A DNA stretch of 64,000 nucleotides from Gracilinanus agilis. Its lineage: Eukaryota. The first letter of the stretch is position 1. Each line of letters begins with the position of its first letter. Below, in pieces: positions 24,401 through 35,150 of the stretch. A program made the position numbers and the translations under genes. The stretch covers positions 30,998,839 through 31,062,838 of the forward strand of contig NC_058131.1 of the NCBI RefSeq assembly GCF_016433145.1. Reading direction: 5' to 3'. The notes under the pieces are model-generated. The model saw only the letters and a list, made by a program, of their open reading frames with translations. It ran no database searches and was not told the origin of the DNA.

Positions 24401-26785
24401 GACAGAAGGAAGAGGGAAGCTAAATTCCCCTGCTGCCACTGTGACAGTCAAACCTTAGGTCTTAAGATAAGCCCCTTCCTTCTATTACATTCTCTTTCTT
24501 CCCATCATCTGAAATATATTTGATGATACTCAGCTTCATTTCATGAAATTTTTCATTCTTTTTTCTCTTATTTAGTTTTGTGATCCAATAATTCCATTTT
24601 GTCTCAAAGCAGAACTTTCATTTGAGAATAGTTCCAAGTTGTTGTTATTTAAAAAAAAATTTTCCCAACTCAATAACCTTTAAATGACTGAACTGGCGAC
24701 ACAATTCACCGCCTACCCTAGCCATTCAGTGCTGGTGCATGCTGTGACCAGACATGCTTTCTTTATGCCTCAATTGAAGGCATTTAAAAAATCTGATTAT
24801 CTACATCCACAGAGGAGCTCCTGTTCATTCTGGAACAGAAAAGGCAAGGCTCAGGCATGGTATGTTGCCATGGTAACACAATTTCCCTGTTGGCAGCCTA
24901 TCCTTCTGTGTCCTCCGTTGTTGCCTTGGCTGGCCTCCTTTACTTCTTGAATACTTGGACATCTTGTGGCCATAAGTCCCTGACCAGCAGGGCTAGTCTG
25001 CCCTGCTGTCTCCCAATCAGCCATCTGGTCTATAAGTCATTTGCACAAGGTGCCATCTTGGCTGTATCAGGGTAGCTGAGACCAGTCTTCTGAAAAAGAG
25101 TGTCCTCATCAGTCCCTCTGCTGGACCAAGAGGGAAAGAGCAGAGAGTGGAGGCTGGAGGAAGACAGTCATCCTGAAGCATCAATTCAATTCAGTTCACA
25201 TCGACAAGCACATTTTATGCTCCTACTATGTGCTAGGCTACAAAGACAAAGTGAAAAATGGGGAATAAAAAAAAGTCCTCACTTCTCAGGGAAGTTGTGA
25301 GGATCAAATGAGGTAATGTTTGTGAAGCACTTAGCACAGAGCCTGGCACATAGTAGGTGCTACAGAGATGTTCCCTGTCTCTCCCTCCCCATCCTAGGGT
25401 CATACGTGCTGTATGTGTCAGAGAGAGGACAAGATTGCCTGACTCGGAGGCTGAATCAATATTTGCAGCACCATCAGTGCTTAACGAATTTAGTGTTTTG
25501 AAATGATCTCAACCTTCCAGTCTCCCTTCATTTGGCTGCTATTTCCTTAGATCTTCTATCTTTATTCATAGTAAAAATATCAGTATTGGTAAGGTTTGAT
25601 TCATCCATCCATCTCTTGTTGACAAGGAGCTCCAGTTTAGAATGTTGTTATTCAGTTGTGTCTGACTCTACATGACTCCATTTGGGGTTTTCTTGGCAAA
25701 GACACTGGAGTGGTTGACCATTTCCTTCTCCAGTTCATCATACAGATGAGGAAACTGAGCTGAATTAAGCCAGTTATGTAGCATCACAAAGTGAGTGTCT
25801 GAGGCCATGAACTCAGGAAGAAGAGTCTTCCTGACACCAAGTTCAGTGCTCTGTCCACTGCATCAACTAGCTGCCTAATGGCTAAATTAATGTTTGTGGA
25901 TGGTCTGAAGCAGTGGTTCCCAAACTTTCTTGGCCTCCTGCCCCCTTTCCAGAAAAAATATTACTTAGTGCCCTGGAAATTAATTTTTTAAAAATTTTAA
26001 TAGCAATTAATAGGAAAGATAAATGCATCTGTGGCCATCATGCTTCCCTGGATCGCTGCAGCACCCACCAGGGGGCGATAGCGCCCACTTTGGGAATCAC
26101 TGGTCTAAAGGCTAGTTAATTCTCAGCATCATTTGCCTCTCTTTCCATCATCCAGCTGTTACTCCTGAGATAATTTCCAAATTGTTCTTGTTTTCTTGGG
26201 TTACCACAGCCAAAGAATTCCTGTCTAAGTAGCTGGCTTACTTTAGAATTTTAAGGGAACTTAGGGGCTGTCTGGCTTAAACCTCTCATTTTATAGATAC
26301 AGAAACTGAGGCTGAGAGAACAACTGAATAATAACTTGATGGAGGCCACACAGCTAGTAGAAGGCAGAGTTGGGATTTAAGCCTAGCTCCTCTGTCTCTA
26401 CATCAAGAAAATTTCCCAGTGTACCATGATAAGCCCACAGACAGTCTATAGAGGAGTTCTTTCCAGCTTTGTTAAACCTGCCAGAGCTTTGAAGAACCCA
26501 GTGTTCTTCTGGTCTCTGGGCCATCTTGAAGAATCAGAGGACCCTTTACAGCTCACATCACCAGCATGAATTTGTCCTTTAAAAATTTTCTTCTACAGGT
26601 TCTGGACAGGAAGTCAGTCCCAATCCTGGAAGACGGGAGACAACTGTGTGGAGATGCAGTTCAAGGACCAGAATTTATGGAATGAGAGAGACTGTCAAAG
26701 TCTCCTCCAGGGGCTCTGTAAAAAAGCTCTCAAGAGGTTTGAGGAAGACCTTGATGTAGGCAGCCAAAGGACGGAGCTTGACTAG
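12381..26785 (+). CDS. Gene A: langerin (CD207)/CLEC4F-family type II membrane C-type lectin, 6 coding exons, 372 aa, non-canonical CRD
   Basis: Exons 12381-12441, 12988-13104, 14675-15157, 18336-18487, 20644-20762, 26599-26785. All introns are GT-AG with compatible phases (1,1,1,0,2); total 1119 nt is open from ATG to TAG. Architecture is tail/TM/neck/three CRD exons of 152 and 119 nt plus last exon, as in langerin. Short-form CRD SKGWKFYNGNLYYFS...WYEAEKFC...WIGL...C...WNE..C...CK. Confidence 0.92.
12988..13104 (+). CDS. Gene A exon 2, transmembrane exon (...RRTPRMAQAALILLTLALLASLTAIVII)
   Basis: ctcccag acceptor, T|gtaagt donor, 117 nt, phase 1-1; basic residues then a hydrophobic helix. 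Confidence 0.92.
14247..14436 (-). mobile_element. SINE1_Mdo-like SINE in gene A intron 2
   Basis: Reverse-complement copy of the same unit. Confidence 0.85.
14675..15157 (+). CDS. Gene A exon 3, 161-aa neck/stalk
   Basis: tctgttag acceptor, A|gtaggt donor, 483 nt, phase 1-1; lies within ORF 14632-15231; begins YLQ like the neck exons of B (YLR) and C (YLQ). Confidence 0.85.
15950..17230 (+). mobile_element. L2 LINE fragment (RT region and 3' end) in gene A intron 3
   Basis: ORF 15985-16419 reads PDFSAASDIVDHPHLPDTLFSLGFCDIALSKFSSCFSDR, a decayed L2 RT motif (LDLSAAFDTVDH...). Confidence 0.8.
17593..17790 (+). mobile_element. SINE1_Mdo-like SINE
   Basis: Same unit. Confidence 0.85.
18336..18487 (+). 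CDS. Gene A exon 4, CRD part 1 (ILLTFLSKGWKFYNGNLYYFSPKKMSWYEAEKFCVSWGAHLTSMSSVGEK)
   Basis: 152 nt, ctcctcag acceptor, gtcagt donor; langerin-like sequence. Confidence 0.95.
19494..19738 (-). mobile_element. Mar1-like marsupial CORE-SINE (further copies near 22070-22290, 25645-25875, 27620-27845, 53511-53747)
   Basis: CORE domain plus RTE-like tail ...ccatttggagttttctctgcaaagat...gtttgccatttccttctcc. Confidence 0.75.
20644..20762 (+). CDS. Gene A exon 5, CRD part 2 (EFLFRRAKGTPYWIGLSSHGTGGTWHWVDGTPYNEANSR)
   Basis: 119 nt, ttctag acceptor, gtgagt donor; WIGL and WVDGT motifs. Confidence 0.95.
22560..23560. mobile_element. L3/CR1 LINE fragments
   Basis: CR1-type 3' end near 23370-23520 (aaatttcagg...aatgggctgcct...gagctcctc) and antisense ORF2-like sequence upstream. 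Confidence 0.5.
23705..24021. other. Assembly gap (others at 36382-36535, 37588-37748, 42111-42370, 54797-55106)
   Basis: Runs of N. Confidence 1.
25911..26102. mobile_element. 192-bp hAT MITE with 8-bp TSD; second copy in opposite orientation at 61187-61370
   Basis: TIRs cagtggttcccaaa / tttgggaatcactg; TSD gtctgaag / gtctaaag. Confidence 0.85.
26599..26785 (+). CDS. Gene A exon 6, CRD part 3 and C-terminal extension (FWTGSQSQSWKTGDNCVEMQFKDQNLWNERDCQSLLQGLCKKALKRFEEDLDVGSQRTELD*)
   Basis: ttctacag acceptor, phase 2; aligns without gaps to the langerin last exon as recalled (FW...C...WN...C...CK); TAG at 26783-26785. Confidence 0.9.
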
Positions 26786-27022
26786 GCAGGCAGGGCTCCA
26801 TCATCCAAAGGGGAGAAGAACAAAATGGCGAATGTCTTTTCTTTCATGTCACAAGAAACCAAGACATAGGCTGCTGGAAGGAGAGGTCCATGATTCCTTC
26901 TGACTTGGCATTGGGTTTTTATATTGTCAGTTCCTGGGTGGGGACACTGAAAGAAGAGCTGGTTTATTCAAATGTTATCAACAGCCTATTATTCCCTGCC
27001 CCAACCCTTGGCCCAAAGATGC

Positions 27023-27028
27023 ATTAAA
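27023..27028 (+). terminator. Candidate gene A poly(A) signal ATTAAA
   Basis: About 240 nt after the stop codon, followed by an A-run and (TG)26 that could serve as a GU-rich downstream element. Confidence 0.45.
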
Positions 27029-27037
27029 AAAAAAAAA

Positions 27038-27040
<3 letters not shown>

Positions 27041-27092
<52 letters not shown>
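27041..27092 (+). repeat. (TG)26 microsatellite
   Basis: Read directly. Confidence 0.95.
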
Positions 27093-27094
<2 letters not shown>

Positions 27095-30000
27095 GGAGGA
27101 GCTTTAGAAGTTCTGTACTTTATTATCTCCCCCAACTGGAATGTGAGCTCCTAGAGAACAGGGACTATATTGCTTTTTCTCTCTCTGACTGCAGATTAGC
27201 CCAGTGCTTGGCACATAGAATACACTTACAGAACCATTCGTCTAATCCTTCCTCCCAAAGCTGCATATGATGTCCAAGGGGTCATGAGAGATGGAAGGGA
27301 TTTTGAAGGCCAAATAATCCAAACCTTTCATCTCACAGAGAATGAAATGGAGCCTCAGGGAGGTCTTGGGAACCTAGGATAATAGGTTGATAGCTGAAAG
27401 GGACCTTAGAGGCCAGCTAGTCTAAACTGAGGCCCAGGAAAGTGACTTGCCTAAGGTCACCCAGGTAGTTAAATAGTAGAGTCAGGTTTCAAACCTTTTG
27501 GATCTTCAAATCCAGCCATTCCTTGCCACTATATAGCTCATGGATTCAGATGTCTTTGCACGACAATACATATTTGTTACAAGATATTTGTTTTTTGTTT
27601 CCTTTTCTAAAACGAGTAAGTAGGATAACTTGTGGGACCTGGAGTCAGGAAGACTTCTCTTCCTGAGTTCAAATCTGGTCTCAGACACTTACTAGTTGGG
27701 TGATCTCAGGGAAATCACTCGCCCTGTTTGCCTCAGTTTCCTCATCTGTAAATTGAGCTGAAGAAAGAAATGGCACTCCAGTATCTTTGCCAAGAAAACC
27801 CCAGATGGGGTCACGAAGAGTCAGACCAGATTGAAAAGATAACAATGACTTCCAGAAAATCAGCTCTAGATACCTTGAGATGATGCTTCTTGAGCTGGGA
27901 TATGAGCTTTGGAGTCCCACCCTCAGACTCCTGTCCTTGTTCTGCCTTTTTTTTCCCACAAGCCCCTGGTGTGAGGATTTAATCAACCCAAGGCATGATG
28001 ACCTTCAGGCCTCTCTAGATGCCAAAGGCTCCAGGAGTCTTTTGTCCGCTTCTCTTTTTTGCCCATTTTTTTCTTTTCTTTTTGGCCAGTGTAATAGAGG
28101 TTTGGCAGTTTTTTGGAAGGCACTCCAATAAGAACAAGAATATTTTCCATGGGGCTATCCATGGCCATTCCAGTATGACCCACGTGTGGGTCAACAGCCA
28201 TGATTGCTGCCAGGTGATAAGAACAATTCCGCTGCTTGCTTTTGTCAAATTCTTGACGGTAAGGTCTACTGATGAAAGGGCTTGCTTTGAACCTAGAAAT
28301 GATTTTTAATATTTATAAAGCACTTAGCACAGTGCTTGGTAAATAGAAGGCACTTAAAATTGCTTTTTCGCTTTCTCTTCTCTCCCATGGAGAAGAGAAA
28401 AAGTCTCCTATTCCTTTGATCAGCAAGGAAAAGGTCTTGCCTGTCCAAAAGGTGTCCATTAGCTTCAAAGCATTCCTATTCACATCTGAATATTGGGTGG
28501 ATGACCTGGGTGATGCTTTTAATCACAGTCTGGCTCACATGCTGCTTATAGAATTTTTTTCCCATCTGTTCTGAAGTCAAACTGGGCTCATTCTGGGGGA
28601 ATAAGCAACCTCCCATTGTACCAGGTCTAATACCCTTTGGCAAACATTTTCTGACAGTCTAGTTTTTAAAAAAATTTCCTGGAATTTTCCACAATCTCAC
28701 CATTAAAAACATTCTCATTGTTATTCCAAAGTGATTCATTAGCATTTAAGCTTTTGTTGCCTTTCAAGCCAGCCAAGGCTCAAAGTGCTTCTTTTGGGCA
28801 GAACAACCCTATTTCCTCTGCCTGTGGCTCTCAGATAAGTGCTTCTTGTCTTTGGATGCCTGGAGGGATCTGGAGATTGAGGAGAGTAGAGAAGTCCTGG
28901 GGTGCAGATCCTGTCTCTGACCCTAATTGTGTGACCCTAGGCAAGTCATTTTACCTCCCGATCTTCAGACCATCCCTCAGGACTTCCCTCACCATCTATA
29001 TTTAGGAAGTCTCACATCCTTCCTAGCCAGATGCATTTTTTATTGTCAGTCTAGCATGTCAGTCCTGGGCTTCCTGCTCTCTCAATTATATGTTCTCTTG
29101 GGGACCTTGTCTGGGTTCGAGCTTTGAGCTGAAAGTTTGGAGAGGAGGGATAAGTCTCTGAAACAGTTCAGCAGCCCTCGCTACTCCTCAGTTAAGTATT
29201 CAGATAACTCTTAGGAGACAGAAAGAGGGATCTTAATGCCCATGACCTGGCTATAATAATGGTGAGGTCTCACCTGCTTCTCAGGTGCCCTTCCCATGGA
29301 CTTGACCTTCTCACCAGGTGCCAGCAGTGCCCTGAGCCACTTTTCCCACAATGCCCTTTTCTCTCCCTGGAAGCTCTTTCTGGAAACAAAAATTCATTTT
29401 CTTCAATTTGTTTGGAGTCTAGCGTCATCAGACAAAAAGAAATGTGCAAACGCTGCCTTGGAAAATGGCCCTCATTGCCCATAGGGTCACTCCTTTTAGA
29501 TGGTGGAATCTTCATCTTCAACAACTTTTAGGTCTCCCATCCACGATAAAGCGAGAGCAGTGGATGTGGGTGGGGAGAAGGGAGCCCTGGAGATTCCTGC
29601 CCTTTAACACCATCTTTTTGTCCTGGATGTCCCTACCAGTCTGGTGAAGCCCATGAACCCCTTCTCAGAATGATGTTGGAAAAGGCATGAAATAAAATGC
29701 AGAGGATTACAAGGAAACCAATTAGAACCCAGAAAGCCTCTGCCTGTATACATCCACGTGTATAGTACACTATACATGCTTGAATGTGTGCAAACATACA
29801 AGTTCATGAATCTCAGATGAAGAACTCTCTTTTAGGATAATGCAGAATTCTCACTCACAGATGTATTTATTAACTTATTCTAATGAACTAGAAGTTGTCA
29901 TGCTCCAGACAGACACAAACAGATCCTGACATTCAACAGATGGCACTAGAAGGAAAACACTACTATGCCAGGCAGCCCTGAGGATCTCTGTTCAAGTCCT

Positions 30001-30325
30001 GCCTCAGTCACTTAAATACTGGGGAAGTTATCTAAGTTCTCCCAGTGTAGGAGGTGTGGGCTGGGCTATTGCTCTGATGGTCTATGATTGGCAATGTAGG
30101 GTAGGGGAGAGAGCCAGGAACTTGGAGTCTTGAGGAACTAGGCTCAAATCTCTTCTCTTCCATTACTCTCAAGGTATCCTTGGATGAAGCATCCTATTTT
30201 TCTAGACTATAAAAGAGATTTTACAAAACATTATTCTAGACTTCTTTCTTTTTATTTCTTTTTAGTTTTTTAAAACCTTACTTTCTGTCTTAGAATCAAT
30301 ACTGTGTATTGGCTCCAAGGCAGAA

Positions 30326-30791
30326 TGTTGTACCCAAATTTTAATACCTAACCCAGGTTCGATCATGGCCAGAGGAAGAACCACACTGACAATGCAATAT
30401 GCAAGAAGAGGCTCATTCTTTACTAGCAATAATAGCTAGGGTCGCTAGGCAGAGAGGCATGCCTGAACGACCCCTTGGAATTCTCAGCCAAGAGTTTATA
30501 TAGAAATGTTTGGGGAAGGGGGTTGGTACATACATAATTATCAAGGTAGTGTCAGGGACAGGTGGTCAGGAAGCATCTGGGGAGGGGGGGGTTTCAGGGT
30601 CAGGGGTCAGGAAGCATTTGGCAAACATTGTAAAGCAGGCAAACATAGACAAACATTCCTATAGCTTCAGTTTTAGGTTTATGATAGGGGGAGATAAGGA
30701 AGACTGTGCTGGGAAACCTTGGGGGCTGGGGGTAGCTTGTCCAGGCCAGAAATAGTTCAGTAGACTGCCAGACTGATTTTTAAATCCAACA
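30326..30791 (-). mobile_element. 466-bp solo LTR nested in a SINE1
   Basis: TGTTG...CAACA termini, AGAA 4-bp TSD, TATA (ctatataaa) and AGTAAA on the minus strand; the host SINE resumes exactly across it. Confidence 0.85.
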
Positions 30792-33169
30792 AGAAGAGCG
30801 GTAAGGGCTAGGCAATGGGGATCAAGTGACTTGCCCAGGGTCACACAGCTAGGAAGTATCTGAGATCAGATTAGACTCCTTTCTTAACGAAGAAATGAAA
30901 ACACATTTATTAGAGGCCGATTATGTGCTTAGAACTGGGCTAAGTGCTAGGGATGCAAATACAACAGCAAACTCAGCCCCTGGCCTCAAGGCACTTGTGC
31001 TCTAATAGGGAGATGACCCATAGAGGAGAGTGGTGCCAAAGAGAAGTATTTGGGTTTGGAAAATGACAAGAATGGTGAGTGGAGCTAGAGGAGAGTAGAT
31101 TGTCTCATGCTTTATGGCTGTCTTGAATAGGTTCTGTAACTGGAAAGCATGGGGAGGGCAGAAGAGGGGCTGCACTCTGCTAAGAAACTGGTTAGTGAGT
31201 AAAGTGAAGCATGGCTGGGGTTGTTCTCTATTCTGGGGACTCACTGAGGCACTTCCCAATCAGAACTGCAAGGACTCAGGATGAGCATTGTAGAAGTGAA
31301 AGGCTCATGTCCTCGAGGGTGAGGTCTTCAGTGCCATTTGGCTGAAACATGAGGGGAATCATGGGCAGGTTGTTAAATGAGAGAGTTGGACTAAAACCCC
31401 GAAAATCTCTCATTCTAGGATTCAAGGTTTGTTCACCCAAACAAATCCATAGCTGCCAGTGAAGGGGTGAGGAGAAGATGGAGGGAGAAAGCATTTATTG
31501 AGCACCTACTCTATGCCAGTCTTGTGCTAAATACTTTACGAATATCATCTTATTCCTCCCAACAACTCAATTATCACTCCCATTTTACAGATGGAGAAAA
31601 TGAGGTAGACAGAGATTAAGTGACCCAGGGTTACAGAGCTAGTAAGAGTTTGAGGTTGGATTTGAACTTCCTGCCTTCCTGATCTTAGGGCCAGTTCTCT
31701 ATCTGTTGCCTCTAGGCAGGAGAAGACTGCAAGGAAATTGGGGATTTGAAGATTCTATTATTGCTATGGAATGTTCTCCCGAGAAAACTCCATCTCCCTG
31801 AGTCTTTTTGCACATTATGTCCTTCTCTGGTATGAATCTGTGTCCTGCTGACTGGATAATAGGTTTCTCCTGCTTAGAATTTAACTTACAGCATTAATCC
31901 CTGGATAGGGGAGCCCCCAAACTACTTCCTGAAATTTGTACAACTGTTTAGAAAAGTGGCTTTTGCAGATAACATTCCCACTGGGTCCTTACTGATATCA
32001 GATGTCGAAATGGCAGTCTGTGATGACTTATTTGTTAGACTAACATCATGAGATTATTTCAGTTTTATTAGAACTCCTTTAAAGACCTCATCTAATCTGG
32101 AATTGTCCACTCGGTCCCAGGAACTGTGCTAGACTATGGAGATAGAAAGATAAAAAGATGAAAGAGCCCCTGGGTTTAGAGAGCTTACATCCTATCAGGA
32201 GAAGCACCACGCACAGGCAAAAAATAATTGCAAAACAAAAAGAAATATGTTATGAGAAGAGGTGGAAACACTAGTAGCTGGGTGGGTGAGTGGAGCCAGG
32301 GCAGACCTCTTCCAGGAGATGCTATTTTGAGCCATCAAATGGGAGCTTTCAAAGCAGTTAGATTCCAAGCCTTTCCTTGATCCTAGGTTAATAAACCACC
32401 CAGTTAAGATTTGACACAGTCAAATAAGATTTTCTTTGGAAGATACCTGGGAAGAGAGAGGAAGAAAGAGCAAATTCGGGGAGACAATTATAATTTTCTG
32501 ACCGCCATTATTGTCTCCCTGACAGGAAACTGTGTCTAGAGAGGACTTTCTAGGGGGCCAGGCAGATACATTAAGCCCTGGCCAAACATCTATACCATAT
32601 CTCATAGAAGTCCTTTTCTGAATACGGGTTCCTGTCCATCCCTGGTCACAATACCATCACAGGGAGAAACCTCTTGAAGCTCTCAGTGCTAAGGGGGAGC
32701 ATAACCCATTTTAGGCTTAACCACACCTTTGAAGTTATCCCTCCACTCTTTTAACAGTTTGGCTGAGCCAGCTAGGTTGTTCTGACCTGTTTATTACAAT
32801 TTAAAAAGAAGAAGACAGTGGGTGGTATCAGGGAAGGTTTGGGCCTACAAACAGTGTGAAGCCTCTGTGAGAGTAGCAGTAGCCATCTTGGGAGGAGTTG
32901 TTCTAATCACTGAGAGTCTACCTGGCAACAACAAACAGCCAATCAGAAATTATTCTGAAGGGAGGGGCTGACTCTTAAAGTGATAGAGATTTAAAGTGCA
33001 AATTTCCTTGCCAAGGGTATTTTTTTCCCTTTCTAGAGCAAAATGGAGAAGAAGATGCATGTTGCCATGGGGTATCTTGCTCTTATGGGGCAATTTCTTA
33101 CATGACATACAATTTTTTCTTTGTAAAGATTCCTGGTTATGTATATTTCTTTTTAAACCTATGACAACC

Positions 33170-35150
33170 TAAAATGGTTAAAAATAGAAATGGACAAAGT
33201 TCTTTCTTGCATTCCTGGGACAATTGGGGTTGTTTTCTCTATGATTCAGTTATATTATGCCCTGAAAAGAATGCATAAAACTGATTCTAGGGAAAAGAGC
33301 ACAGAGAATTGATTTGACAATTATGATGGCATCAATAGGGAAAAGATCACAATTGAAGGAAATGGTCAAACAGTTAACCAAAGAACAAGATAACATGAAA
33401 GCAAACATGAAGCAAACAAATGATCAAAACACAGAGAATGCACAAAATATAGCAAAAGAAGAGAAAATAGAGGGGGGCTGAAAGGGCTATGCCAATCCTA
33501 CCACTAAGAGATCATACAACTTTACAAGGGGATGCAGGCACAGTCCACATTAAAGCACATAAAACCTTTACATCAGGGGACCTCAAAAGCCTAAAAAAGC
33601 ATATGCCAAAATGGTATATTGATCCTTTCAAGGCGATCTGTGAATTCAAACATGCAATCAGATTGTATGACCCCACTTTTTCAGATGTGGTGATTCTTTT
33701 ATCCAAATTTTTTACCCCAGGGGAGAAAGATTAATTCATACAAAAAACCAGAACAATGTCTTGGCCAGAACAATGGCAGGACTTGGAATTATCCAAAAAT
33801 CAGAATTTATCATATTTAAAAAGGGCATGTGAAGATCTCATTGAGGTGATGAAAAATTTCTGAAAAAGACCAGATACTTGGGGAAGATTTGAGAAACTGA
33901 GGCAAGAAATAGGGGAAATATCCATCAATGTATCTCAATAAGGTAGTGGAAGCAGATGAAAACATCCTGGGATTTCAGGACCTTAGTGAACCAAATTTCC
34001 AGCATATTAGGAAACAATTCATTAAGGGGAGCAGCCTACCCATAAAAAATTATTTCTGTCTACATTGCCCTGACTGGGAAACATTCAGTCTGGAACATTT
34101 AAGATGTACATCAACATATATATATACACAGGTCATAAGGAAACTGCAAATGAAAAAGATGAAATGATCAAAGACCTTAAACAAAGCTCAAAGAGGCAAA
34201 TAGCACAATCAAATAAAAAAGAAATAGATGAGATAGAAAACTTAGCCACATTGCAAACTTACAAACCCAGGTGAGATTTCTAACAGAATAGGCAAAGAAG
34301 TAATTTGCCAAAGTGTTTCTTGTGTGGTAAAATAGGGCACATAGTTCAGAACTGTAATTTAAAGGCACAACTAGACTTGAAAAACAACAGGAAAAGATCA
34401 TGGTACAACACTAATACACAAACACACCACACATGTAAGAGCTTAATCCATGCACCCGATCTCCAAACTATGCAGAAATACATCCAGCAGGTGAGAAGCC
34501 CAAGTTTTCATCAGTAGTCTCAGGGTCAGCAAGGAATTCTCATTTATGAAGCCATATCCTAAATCTAACAGAAATAAGTAATGATAGGAATGGAAATGGG
34601 AAAAATGAAGTCAAGGAAAAATGCACTGAAATAGCCTTAGTAGGTAGAAAAACAAAACACAAAACTAGAGAGCAGGTGGAGGAAGAAATCCAGATGGAAA
34701 ATGATGTAGAACAAATTAGGTATAAGATTTTTGGAACAGTGGGAAAAGATACAAAGAAAGAGGAAGGGAATGGAGATATTGTTACAAGCTCTAGAACACA
34801 AACAGTAAATCTACTGGTAAACAATGATTCAGAAAGCAAACAATTTAAAGGAATAAATTTTAGCAACAGTAAATTGCAACATTTCTCAGCACTAAACAAA
34901 AATAACAAAGTAGAAAGGGAAAACTATACTTTAGCAACTGAAAATGCAGGACAAGAGGAAATAGCAAAAACAAAAGCAGAAGTAAATGAGACACAGATCT
35001 TATGGTGTTCTAGGGAGTCCAAAATACTAACTGCAACTGAAGAAGGGGAAAGAACAGATAAACAGACAGCAATATGGTCCAATGGGGAGGAAACTTTGAT
35101 ATTTCGATATGAGCAGACCTCATATAAATGGAGACAAAGTTAATGGAGAT
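33170..35150 (+). mobile_element. Decayed endogenous retrovirus gag region
   Basis: Capsid-like KTFTSGDLKSLKK...YDPTFSDVVILL...FTPGEK (33489-33734) and CCHC knuckle CFLCGKIGHIVQNC (34314-34355); multiple stops and frameshifts; no pol recognised. Confidence 0.75.

Noticed and set aside
34676-35143. 155-aa ORF as a domesticated gag-derived gene
   Set aside because: Embedded in an ERV relic with stops and frameshifts upstream; low-complexity, A-rich composition explains the open frame.
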